64,000 nucleotides of DNA from assembly GCA_040901675.1 (NCBI GenBank), contig JBBDYJ010000013.1, forward strand, positions 32,001 through 96,000, given 5' to 3'. The stretch comes from Pirellulales bacterium (lineage in GTDB: Bacteria > Planctomycetota > Planctomycetia > Pirellulales > JAICIG01). Position 1 is the first letter of the stretch. Each line of letters begins with the position of its first letter. The notes beneath the pieces were generated by a model, which saw only the letters and a program-made list of their open reading frames with translations, did no database searches and was not told where the DNA came from. A program made the position numbers and the translations under genes. Of the stretch, positions 1 to 8,666 are shown one piece after another.

Positions 1-2
1 TG

Positions 3-164
3 GCTGTCGGCGGGCAAGATCTCGAGCAACCACTTGCCGATCGAGAGTCGCAGTCCGAGTGGGATTCAGTGCGCCTGGAGCGAGGCCCGACGCGATTGGA
101 AGCATGGATTGCCGTGGACGGCGAGACCATCGGCGTCCAGTACGTTGAGGTCGAGCGCAAATAA
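3..164 (+). CDS. C-terminal fragment of a gene entering from the left edge, probably an arylsulfatase
   Basis: Open frame ...VRLERGPTRLEAWIAVDGETIGVQYVEVERK* ending at TAA 162-164. It resembles the C-terminal tail of planctomycete sulfatases (recalled similarity only). Confidence 0.5.
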   Translation, partial: AVGGQDLEQPLADRESQSEWDSVRLERGPTRLEAWIAVDGETIGVQYVEVERK

Positions 165-200
165 AGGCAGAAGGCAGAAGGCAGAAGGAGGAAGGTAGAA
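164..200. repeat. Heptamer tandem array (AAGGCAG/AAGGAGG)n
   Basis: aaggcag aaggcag aaggcag aaggagg aaggtag. A complementary pyrimidine array lies at about 365-390. Confidence 0.8.
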
Positions 201-267
201 CAGGAACACGGACAGACGAAGACTGAGGCATCCCGGCGCCTCCTTCCTTCAGCCTCCAGTCTGAGAT

Positions 268-355
268 CTGGGGCACGCTAACGCTTTGCCCCAGGCACCC
301 GCCTCGACCACTGACCAATGACTGGGGCACGCTAACGCTTTACCCCCAGCCACCC
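268..355. repeat. Two tandem copies of a REP-like palindrome CTGGGGCA-N11/12-TGCCCCAG(G/C)CACCC
   Basis: Copies at 268-300 and 322-355 (second with a degenerate right arm). The same unit recurs at 10554 and 24938. Confidence 0.85.
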
Positions 356-388
356 GTTGTCTCTTACTCCTCCTTCCTCCTTCCACCT

Positions 389-1681
389 TCATCCTTTCCC
401 CTCGCCCCACGGCGCTCGCATCTCGCGCTGGACTAGCGCCTGCGCTTCGTCGTCGCCAACAAAGGCTTCAGCGGCGGGGTCCCACTTCAGCGGCCGCCGC
501 AGTTGATAGCCGATGTTCGCCACGTGACAGATAGTGGCCGAACGGTGACCGATCTCGGGGGTACAGATCGTCGGCTTGCGGTCGCGGATGCACTCGATCC
601 AGTTGCGGTGGTGATTATCGGCGCGGTATAGCCGGATTGCGTCTTCGCCCAGCGGCTCGCTGACCAGCTCGGCAGGGTCGCTTTCGAGCTTGCCGCGATC
701 GACGTAAATCGTGCCCTTCTCGCCGATGAAGGTGCAGCCGCTCGGCCCGCCGTGGAACATCTCCACGCCATCGGCATACGTGAACCTGAGTCCCGCGTTT
801 TTCTCCGCTGGCGGCTCGATGCCGACCGGGCCGCTTTCGTCCATGCCGAGCGCCCACTGGGCGATGTCGAAGTGATGGGCGCCCATGTCGGCCAGCCCGC
901 CGCCGGCGAACTCGCGATAGCTGCGCCAGGCGGGAAAGTGGCTGTGGACGCCCTTCGGGCAGAGCGCCGAGTTGTAGCCGCGCCACGGCGCGGGGCCAAG
1001 CCAGCGGTCCCAATCGGTCCCCTTGGGAATCTGCTCCTCCGGAAGGTCGCAAGGCACCGCCGGAGCGCCGACGCCGATCCGAATCGTGCGGACCTTGCCG
1101 AGCCGTCCCTTGCGAATCAGCTCGCACGCATCGCGGAACTTGCCGCCAAACTCGCTCCGCTGCTGGCTGCCGGTCTGGAACACCACCTGGTTTTCGGCGG
1201 CCGCCTGGACCATGGCACGGCCCTCGGCGATTGTCAGCGACAGCGGCTTCTCGCAATACACGTCCTTGCTCGCCTTCGAGGCGGCGATGGCCGGCAGGGC
1301 GTGCCAGTGGTCGGGCGTCGCGATCACCACCGCGTCAATCTCCTCGCGGGCAAGCAGCTCCTGGAAATCGACGTAGGCCTGGCATCCCTGGAATGTGCCT
1401 TTGTCCTGTCCCTTGCCGTAGTGTTCGTCGACCATGGCGCGGGCACTATCGAGCCGCTCGGCCACCACGTCGCACACGGCCACGACCTGCACGTCGGCCT
1501 GGCCCAGAAAGCTGCGAAGGTGATAGCGGCCCATCGTCCCCACGCCGATAAAACCCAGGCCCAGCCGGTCGCTGGCGGCAAATGCGCCGCGGGCGGATCG
1601 TCTCAGAATCAGCGGCAGCGCCAGGAACGCACTCGTGGTCTGGACGAACCGGCGGCGCGACAACTTTCGGGGTGCGGACAT
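389..1681 (-). CDS. Gfo/Idh/MocA family NAD(P)-dependent oxidoreductase with twin-arginine signal
   Basis: LSRRRFV Tat-like motif, GFIGVGTMG Rossmann motif, ATPDHWH and YCEKP family motifs. Start set at ATG 1681. Confidence 0.92.
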   Translation of the reverse strand: MSAPRKLSRRRFVQTTSAFLALPLILRRSARGAFAASDRLGLGFIGVGTMGRYHLRSFLGQADVQVVAVCDVVAERLDSARAMVDEHYGKGQDKGTFQGCQAYVDFQELLAREEIDAVVIATPDHWHALPAIAASKASKDVYCEKPLSLTIAEGRAMVQAAAENQVVFQTGSQQRSEFGGKFRDACELIRKGRLGKVRTIRIGVGAPAVPCDLPEEQIPKGTDWDRWLGPAPWRGYNSALCPKGVHSHFPAWRSYREFAGGGLADMGAHHFDIAQWALGMDESGPVGIEPPAEKNAGLRFTYADGVEMFHGGPSGCTFIGEKGTIYVDRGKLESDPAELVSEPLGEDAIRLYRADNHHRNWIECIRDRKPTICTPEIGHRSATICHVANIGYQLRRPLKWDPAAEAFVGDDEAQALVQREMRAPWGEGKG

Positions 1682-1775
1682 GGGCGGGCTCCTTCGCTTC
1701 GGGTGGCAACAGATCAGCTTCCGGCGCGTGCAACGAGAATAGACCCTCGGGCGCCGATAGTCCAACTTCACCGCT

Positions 1776-2078
1776 TCAGCCGGGCCCGCCGACGGCCACC
1801 AGGACCATCAGATACGCGCCGACTCCAACGGCCGAAACGGTGATCCAACCGGCGATGAGCATGTTCAGCGGCGAGCCATCGGTGGAGCGGAGCTCGTCGT
1901 AGAGCACGACGGCCCCGGCCAACGACAAGAACCCCAAAAAGCACTCGGTGGCCAAAACGGCCATCAGCCAGGGCGAGCCAAAGAGGATGCCGCACTGCAC
2001 TGCGGTAGCGGTGATCGCGGCAAACAAGAGCCGCAGGCTGAACTGGTACGGGTGTGGCGAAACTGGCTCGGCCGGCAT
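1776..2078 (-). CDS. Small hypothetical membrane protein
   Basis: MPAEPVSPHPYQFSLRLLFAAIT... with about 3 hydrophobic segments. A 'QFSLRxL' N-terminus is common in small planctomycete membrane proteins. Confidence 0.55.
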   Translation of the reverse strand: MPAEPVSPHPYQFSLRLLFAAITATAVQCGILFGSPWLMAVLATECFLGFLSLAGAVVLYDELRSTDGSPLNMLIAGWITVSAVGVGAYLMVLVAVGGPG

Positions 2079-2227
2079 GAATCCATCATAGGGACAAGTG
2101 GCCGAAAAAGGCCATATCTGCCTGGCGATCCGGCGCTGAAAAAATCCAGCCGAAATCTCTTGAGCCGGCCAAAAGGGTCGTCCCGGCACGCAAGCTGCAC
2201 GCGCCGCCCGCCGCCCCGGCTTGAAAG

Positions 2228-3262
2228 GTGCTCCAGCGTTCTGTCACAATCTACCGTGACGCATGCGGACTGCAAAGTCGTGGTCCGCGCGGGCAATCTC
2301 AGCGGCCGCCAAGCGCGGCACCGGCCGCATTTTCAGGGACCAGCTCAGTGGACCAGTGGCGGAAGAATATCGACCGGTACACGGCGGCGCCCATGTTCTT
2401 GGCGGCCCTGCTGTTCCTGGTACTGTTGGCCGGCGCCATCCAGACGATGCGGGACGGAAGGGTGGGCCCGAGCACGGGGGTATTCGTCTGGGCCATGTTG
2501 GCGCTCTACCCATTGTTCTTGATCGAGCTGGCCGCCCATCTGCTCCTGAAAAGTCGATACTGGAAGCAGCACCTGCTGTTTTGCCTGTTTCCTCCCTCGA
2601 GGCTCGGCGGACGCGACCACCAGGCGGGCAATGCGGTGTGGCTCCCCTGGCTGGGATGGGTCCGCGTGGGCCGCGAGTCGCGCAAGCAGGTCGAGCGGGC
2701 CTTCAGCGGGCCGATGCTGGTGATGGCCTTGATGGTGCTGCCGCTGTTGGCGATCGAGTTCTACTGGGCCGAACGGTTCAGCGGACACCCGGCGTTGTTG
2801 TTGCTGCTGGAGACCGGCACCAGCCTGATCTGGCTGGCCTTCACCGTCGAGTTCATCGTGATGATCTCGATCGTCGACAAGAAGCTGCGTTATACCAAGG
2901 AACACTGGATCGACCTGGTGGTGATCTGCCTGCCGCTGCTGGCGTTCGTCCGGGCCTTGCGGCTGGCGCAACTGGCCAGGCTGCAGCAATTGGGACGCAT
3001 GACGCGCATCTACCGTCTCCGCGGCCTTTCGATGCGAGCCTACCGGGGGATCCTGGCTCTGAACGTGCTGCGTCACTTGCTGGGAGTGAACCCGACCCGC
3101 CGGCTGCAGGTGCTCAACGAGCTTTTGGCCGAGAAGGAGTACGAATTGGAGCAACTGCGGGGCGAGATCCGTACCGTCGAAGCCGAGATCGCCCGCAATG
3201 CCAGCCAACCCGTGCAAAAGGCCGAGAGTGAGTTGCCAGCTACCACGGCCGACGGGCGGTAA
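2228..3262 (+). CDS. Ion-transport-family membrane protein (voltage-sensor-like, no pore motif seen)
   Basis: Several TM segments, WIDLVVICLPLL followed by Arg-rich S4-like RALRLAQLARLQQLGRMTRIYRLR, and a C-terminal coiled coil. True start uncertain (possibly GTG 2348). Confidence 0.75.
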   Translation: MLQRSVTIYRDACGLQSRGPRGQSQRPPSAAPAAFSGTSSVDQWRKNIDRYTAAPMFLAALLFLVLLAGAIQTMRDGRVGPSTGVFVWAMLALYPLFLIELAAHLLLKSRYWKQHLLFCLFPPSRLGGRDHQAGNAVWLPWLGWVRVGRESRKQVERAFSGPMLVMALMVLPLLAIEFYWAERFSGHPALLLLLETGTSLIWLAFTVEFIVMISIVDKKLRYTKEHWIDLVVICLPLLAFVRALRLAQLARLQQLGRMTRIYRLRGLSMRAYRGILALNVLRHLLGVNPTRRLQVLNELLAEKEYELEQLRGEIRTVEAEIARNASQPVQKAESELPATTADGR

Positions 3263-3371
3263 ATAAATTCCGGCGGAATCCAGTCAACCACAGTATGATA
3301 ACGCCGTGTTGAACCCCTACTGTTACGACTACTTCGCCGAGTGGTCGCTCGATCTCAAACTGAGCTGACGC

Positions 3372-3725
3372 ATGCCGCCTGAAATCGACTGGTACTATCA
3401 CCGCCATGGCTGACAGAGCTGCGTCAAGGCGCAAGGGTTCCTTGCGGAGGCTGAGGCTCGGATCGCCGAACAGGTCGACTCTCGCAAAGTAAAGTACAAG
3501 GGCCGCGACGCCTTGAAGGCGCTGGCCGGCGTGGACCAGCTCTGGGTTGCCAAGGGGAAGCGGATGACCCACGTCGACCTCAAAAACGAAAGGCCGCCCG
3601 ACAAGCAACTGGTTGCCCTGCTCACCGGGCCGACCGGAAACCTGCGGGCGCCCGCCATCCGCCGCGGCCGGAAGCTGTTTGTGGGCTTCCATCCGGAAGC
3701 GTACCGCGAAAACCTGCTCGCGTAG
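3372..3725 (+). CDS. ArsC/Spx-like thioredoxin-fold selenoprotein (UxxC), 117 aa with Sec at TGA 3411-3413
   Basis: ATG 3372 reads MPPEIDWYYHRHG-[TGA]-QSCVKAQGFL... and continues in frame into the 3513-3725 ORF (TGPTGNLRAPAIRRGRKLFVGF). The TGA occupies the first Cys position of a CxxC motif. Confidence 0.85.
3430..3446 (+). promoter_or_regulatory. Putative bacterial SECIS hairpin
   Basis: Perfect 7-bp stem CGCAAGG-GTT-CCTTGCG with a G-starting loop about 24 nt downstream of the in-frame TGA. Confidence 0.7.
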
Positions 3726-3758
3726 GGACTGCCGCCCGCGTCGGGTACACTGGGCGCT

Positions 3759-4988
3759 ATGCCATCTGCGCGCCGCCTTTTCGACGCACTGCGGGCCAAA
3801 GTGCTGGCTCCCAAGGTGAGCGAGCCCGAGCTGGAAGCTTGCCTCCGCCGCATCCATGAGACCCTGCCAGCGCCGGTCTTCTGGCTGCTGGGCAAGGCCC
3901 AGTCCGGCAAGACCTCGCTCATCCGGGCCCTGACGCTCAGCAGCAACACCGAGATCGGCAACGGCTTTCGCCCCTGCACCCGCACGGCGAGGTTGTATCC
4001 GTATCCGAACCAGGAAGAGCACTTTGTCCAGTTCCTGGACACGCGCGGGCTCGGCGAGGTCGACTACGACCCCTCCGAGGACATGCACGTCCTGGAGAAC
4101 CAGGCGCACCTGTTGATTGTGGTCATCAAGGCCCTCGACCACGCCCAGGCGAGCGTTTTGGCGCCGCTGAAGAAGATCCGCAAGGCCCACCCGCGTTGGC
4201 CGGTGATCGTGGTGCAGACGGCGCTGCACGAAGGGTATCCCTCGCCGACCACGCCGCACGTCGTGCCTTACCCCTATGGCGAGCCGCCGTACCCCTCTAG
4301 CGTGCCCACCGACCTGGCCCGCTCGCTTGCCGCCCAGCGCGAGACTTTTGCGGGAATGAATGCACGCTTCGTGCCGGTCGATTTCACGCTGCCCGAAGAT
4401 GGATACGAACCGCTCAACTACGGCCTCGACCAACTCTGGACCGCCATCGAAGAGGCGGTGCCGCTCGGCCTGCGTGGAATCCTGCACGACACGCGCGAAG
4501 CACGCCGGCCGCTGCGCGACGTCTATCTGCGGGCCGCACGCCCGCACGTGCTGTCGTATTCGGTCGCCGCCGGCGCCGCCGCGGCCGGTGTGCCCCTGCC
4601 CGTGATCGACGTGCCGCTGGTGCTGGCCATCCAGGCCAAGCTGTTCCACACCATCGCCTCGATCTACGGCCAGCCGATGAGCAGCCAGCGGATGGCCGAG
4701 ATCGGCAGCACGCTGGGGGTGGGCTTCCTGACCCGGCTGGCCGGCCGCAGTCTGCTGAAGCTGATCCCCGGCTTTGGCTCGGCCGTGTCGGGCCTTTACG
4801 CAGCCGCCAGCACCTACGCTTTGGGCCGGACCCTGTGCGCGTATTTCAGCTATATTCTCGAAGGCGACGTGCCGGACCCAACGGCCCTGCGGCGACTGTA
4901 CGCCCAGGAGTTCCGGGAAGGCAAAGCCCGCTTGGGCCAATACATCAGCAAGGTGGGCAAGCCGCCGCCGGAGCCCGGATCATCGTAG
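3759..4988 (+). CDS. P-loop GTPase with C-terminal DUF697/YcjF-like membrane region
   Basis: G1 GKAQSGKT, G3 DTRG. Hydrophobic C-terminal GVPLPVIDVP...LLKLIPGFGS segment. Confidence 0.8.
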   Translation: MPSARRLFDALRAKVLAPKVSEPELEACLRRIHETLPAPVFWLLGKAQSGKTSLIRALTLSSNTEIGNGFRPCTRTARLYPYPNQEEHFVQFLDTRGLGEVDYDPSEDMHVLENQAHLLIVVIKALDHAQASVLAPLKKIRKAHPRWPVIVVQTALHEGYPSPTTPHVVPYPYGEPPYPSSVPTDLARSLAAQRETFAGMNARFVPVDFTLPEDGYEPLNYGLDQLWTAIEEAVPLGLRGILHDTREARRPLRDVYLRAARPHVLSYSVAAGAAAAGVPLPVIDVPLVLAIQAKLFHTIASIYGQPMSSQRMAEIGSTLGVGFLTRLAGRSLLKLIPGFGSAVSGLYAAASTYALGRTLCAYFSYILEGDVPDPTALRRLYAQEFREGKARLGQYISKVGKPPPEPGSS

Positions 4989-5124
4989 GCCGGTCGCCGC
5001 CGGGATGGCACGGAAAGGCGTATTAGCTTGCCGCCCGTCATGCGCGAGTGAACAATGGAGCGTGCTGATAGAAACTGACGCCCTCACGCGAAAACTATTG
5101 ACCAGCATCGAGGAGGTCCGCCGG

Positions 5125-6825
5125 ATGTTCATTTTCGAGTTCCGTTGGGAGACGGCCGCCTTTCTGGCCACGTTCGTCGGCGTGGTGATCGGATCGACCG
5201 CGGCCCAGGCCGGTGACGCTAACGCGTTGGCGCGCGAGCTGGTCCAGCAGCACCTGGACGAGATCAGGCCGCTGGAAATCGAGGTCGGCCGCCGCTGGTG
5301 GGATGCCAACGTGACCGGCTCCGACGAGGCCTTCCGGCTCAAGCAGGAAGCCGAGACGCGCTTGGACCTGGCCCTGGCCGACAAGCAGCGTTTCGAGCGG
5401 CTGAAACAGTGCCGCGGCGAAAGTCCCGGCGATCCGATGCTGGCCCGCCAGGTCGAGCTCTTGTATCTGCAGGCCCTGCCGAAACAGGTCGATCCGGAGC
5501 TGCTCAAGCAGTTGATCAGCCGGGCCAATGCGATCGAGATGGCCTTTAACGTCTACCGGGCCAAGGTCGACGGCAAGGAGCTCTCCGACAGCGAGGTCCG
5601 CAAGGTGCTCAAGGAGTCGACCGATTCGGCCCGGCGCAAGGCCGTCTGGGAGGCCGCCAAGAAAGTGGGCTCGGTGGTCCAGCAGGATCTGGCCGCCCTG
5701 GTGCGGCTGCGCAACCGGGCCGCCCGCGAGCTGGGTTTCGACAATTACCACGCGATGCAGTTGGAGATCAACGAGCAGAAGCAGGCCGACGTGCTGAAGC
5801 TGTTCGACGAGCTGGACGAGTTGACCCGCGAACCGTTTCTGGCCGTGAAAAAGGAGATCGACGAGAAGCTGGCCGCCAACTGCAACGTCGCCGTCGAGGA
5901 CCTGCGGCCCTGGCACTACCAGGACCCGTTCTTCCAGGAATCGCCGGCCATCTACGAAACCAGCCTCGATGCGGTCTACGCCGGCGTGGACATCATGGAC
6001 CTTTGCCGGCGGTTCTATGCCGGCATCGGGCTGCCGATCGACGACGTGCTGGCCGTCAGCGACTTGTACGAGAAGCCGGGCAAGAGCCCCCATGCCTTCT
6101 GCACCGACATCGACCGCGAGGGGGACGTGCGCGTGCTGGCGAACGTGGTGCCCAACGAATACTGGATGAGCACCATGCTGCACGAGCTGGGACACGCCGT
6201 CTACTCCAGCAAGAACATTCCCGAAAGCGTTCCCTACGTGCTGCGGACCGATGCCCACATCCTCTGCACCGAGGGCGTCGCCATGATGTTCGAACGATTT
6301 TCCAAGAACGCCGACTGGCTCAAGGAGATGGGCGTCAGCGTGGACGACCCTCAAGCATTCAACGAGACCGGCCGCAAGATGCGCCGCAACCAACTGCTGA
6401 TCTTCTCCCGCTGGTGCCAGGTGATGCTGCGCTTCGAAAAGGAGCTGTACGACAATCCCGACCAGGACCTCAACAAGCTCTGGTGGGACCTGGTCGAAAA
6501 GTACCAGGGAGTCAGGCGGCCCGAGGATCGCGACGCTCCCGACTATGGCAGCAAGATCCACGTGGTCAGCGCGCCGGCCTACTACCACAACTACATGATG
6601 GGCGAGCTGTTTGCCTGCCAGTTGAACCGCAAGATCGTCCGCGACGTGCTCCAGAGCGACGACGCGCCGGACCGGGCGATCTACGTCGGCAATACCCAGG
6701 TGGGCCGCTTCATGCGCGACCGCGTCTTCGCACCGGGCCGATCCCTGCCCTGGAACGAGCTGACGCGCTTCGCCACCGGCGAGCCGCTCAAGGCCGACGC
6801 CTTCGCGGCCGATTTTGCGGACTGA
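5125..6825 (+). CDS. Gluzincin metallopeptidase (M2/M3 type, peptidyl-dipeptidase/oligoendopeptidase-like), probably exported
   Basis: HELGH zinc motif, downstream TEGVAM glutamate, YYHNY motif, hydrophobic N-terminus ending AQA. Start set at ATG 5125. Confidence 0.85.
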   Translation: MFIFEFRWETAAFLATFVGVVIGSTAAQAGDANALARELVQQHLDEIRPLEIEVGRRWWDANVTGSDEAFRLKQEAETRLDLALADKQRFERLKQCRGESPGDPMLARQVELLYLQALPKQVDPELLKQLISRANAIEMAFNVYRAKVDGKELSDSEVRKVLKESTDSARRKAVWEAAKKVGSVVQQDLAALVRLRNRAARELGFDNYHAMQLEINEQKQADVLKLFDELDELTREPFLAVKKEIDEKLAANCNVAVEDLRPWHYQDPFFQESPAIYETSLDAVYAGVDIMDLCRRFYAGIGLPIDDVLAVSDLYEKPGKSPHAFCTDIDREGDVRVLANVVPNEYWMSTMLHELGHAVYSSKNIPESVPYVLRTDAHILCTEGVAMMFERFSKNADWLKEMGVSVDDPQAFNETGRKMRRNQLLIFSRWCQVMLRFEKELYDNPDQDLNKLWWDLVEKYQGVRRPEDRDAPDYGSKIHVVSAPAYYHNYMMGELFACQLNRKIVRDVLQSDDAPDRAIYVGNTQVGRFMRDRVFAPGRSLPWNELTRFATGEPLKADAFAADFAD

Positions 6826-6892
6826 ACTTCCGCCGCGCCCGCCAGCGTGGCCTCGCGGCCGGGAGGGCAGCGGTGTAACCTCCCAAGCAGGC

Positions 6893-8449
6893 ATGAAGCA
6901 CCTCAAGACGTGGTGGCTCGTCGTCTTCGGCCTGCTGGCCCTGCCCTATCTGCTGATGGTGGCCGCCGGGACGCTCTGGCTTTACGAGCACGGGTTGTTG
7001 CTGATCTGGCTGGCGGCGTGGGGCCTGCTGATGGTGGCCGGCTGGCCGCTGGTCCGCTGGCTGCGGGCCAAGAGCCTGCCACCCGCGATCGCCACGGTGC
7101 GGCCCGCGGCGCACTGGCCCCCCTCGGGCCACCAGGTCTGGCCGCGGATCGAGGCGTTGGCGCGGAAGGTGCAAGACGAGGACGTTCCGCTCGACAACAT
7201 CGAGGCCCTCTGGAACGTGGTGTGGCGCGTGCTGGACACCGTGGCCCGCCACTATCATCCGCATAGCCACCAGCCGGCGCTGGAGATACCGGTGCCCTAC
7301 GTCCTGCGTTTGATCGAATTGGTGGCCGCCGACCTGGGCCGGGCATTTTCCGACTACGTGCCGGGGGCCCACATCCTGTCGATCCACGACATGCAGCGGC
7401 TGCAGCGGCTGGCCAATCGCGGCCGGCAGCTCTATGTGCTCTACCGACTCGCCTACTGGGGAGTGAATCCGGTGTCGGCGCTGCTGGCCGAGATGCGCAA
7501 CATGGCGGCCGGCAAGCTGGAGACCGCTTCGGCCTCGGAGGTCAAGCGCTGGGTGGTGGGATATTGCGTGCGGCGGGCCGGCTATTACGCGATCGAGCTC
7601 TACAGCGGCAACCTGGTGCTTGACGAAGTGGCGTGGGACGCCTACCGCACGGAGCGTTCCGTCCGCGATACCCGCCGCGCGGCCGAATGGAGCGAGTCGC
7701 TGGCCGAAGAGCCGCTGCGGATCCTGGTGCTGGGACAGGTGAAGGCGGGCAAGTCGAGCCTGATCAACGCCCTGTTCGGCGAGACGCGGGCGGCCGTCGA
7801 CGTGGTGCCGCGGACCCGGTTTGTCGAGCCGTACGTGTTGGACCGCGAAGGGGTCGGGCGGGCGACCATCCTCGACACGTCGGGTTACGAGGAAAACGCG
7901 GCGCCCGGCGGCGAGTTTGGCCCGCTCCGCGACGAAGTTCTCCAGTGCGACCTCGTGCTTTTGGTGGTGTCGGCCCGCTCAGCCGCCCGCGAAGCCGACC
8001 GCAAGCTGCTGGATGGGCTGCGGACGTTCTTCCAGCGGCAGCCGGACCGCTTGATGCCTCCGCTGGTCGTCGTGCTGACGCATATCGACCAGGTGCGGCC
8101 TTTCAAGGAATGGGACCCGCCCTACGACCTGGTGAACCCCGCGGGACCGAAGGCCCAGCAGATTGCCGACGCGGTGAGGGCAGTGGCCGGCGACCTGCAG
8201 GTGCCGGCCGACGAAATCGTCCCGGTCGCACTGCTGCCGGGCGGAGCGTACAACGTCGATGAAGCGCTGGCAGGTGTGATCTTGCGTTCGCTGCCGGAGG
8301 CGCAGCGCGTCAAGTATCTGCGCTGCCTGCGCCAGTTCCACGCCGCCGATCATTGGCAGCGTCTCTGGCAGCAGGCCGTCAACTCGGGGCGGCTGCTCTT
8401 GAAGGCCGGCGCTTCGTGGGCCGGCCAGGCCGCCGGCCGCAAGCCGTAA
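6893..8449 (+). CDS. Membrane-anchored P-loop GTPase (N-terminal TMs, C-terminal GTPase)
   Basis: Two N-terminal TM helices, G1 GQVKAGKS, G3 DTSG, G4 THID. Confidence 0.8.
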   Translation: MKHLKTWWLVVFGLLALPYLLMVAAGTLWLYEHGLLLIWLAAWGLLMVAGWPLVRWLRAKSLPPAIATVRPAAHWPPSGHQVWPRIEALARKVQDEDVPLDNIEALWNVVWRVLDTVARHYHPHSHQPALEIPVPYVLRLIELVAADLGRAFSDYVPGAHILSIHDMQRLQRLANRGRQLYVLYRLAYWGVNPVSALLAEMRNMAAGKLETASASEVKRWVVGYCVRRAGYYAIELYSGNLVLDEVAWDAYRTERSVRDTRRAAEWSESLAEEPLRILVLGQVKAGKSSLINALFGETRAAVDVVPRTRFVEPYVLDREGVGRATILDTSGYEENAAPGGEFGPLRDEVLQCDLVLLVVSARSAAREADRKLLDGLRTFFQRQPDRLMPPLVVVLTHIDQVRPFKEWDPPYDLVNPAGPKAQQIADAVRAVAGDLQVPADEIVPVALLPGGAYNVDEALAGVILRSLPEAQRVKYLRCLRQFHAADHWQRLWQQAVNSGRLLLKAGASWAGQAAGRKP

Positions 8450-8666
8450 CCGGTAGCAGAACTGCCCAGATGCTGGCGAATCCGGCTACGGGCTACTCGC
8501 CCCCCCGCCGCGGTGGGGCCAGCCGCGACCTATACTTTCCTGAACCCCTCTCTGGAGCGGTCCAGGCCAGCCGCCCCATGTTTTCGGCCTTGTTGCGCTC
8601 GGCCGAAGCGGCAAAACTGCGGCAACGAGGCCCACGGCGGGTCGATCGACTCATGACGGGTAGCGT

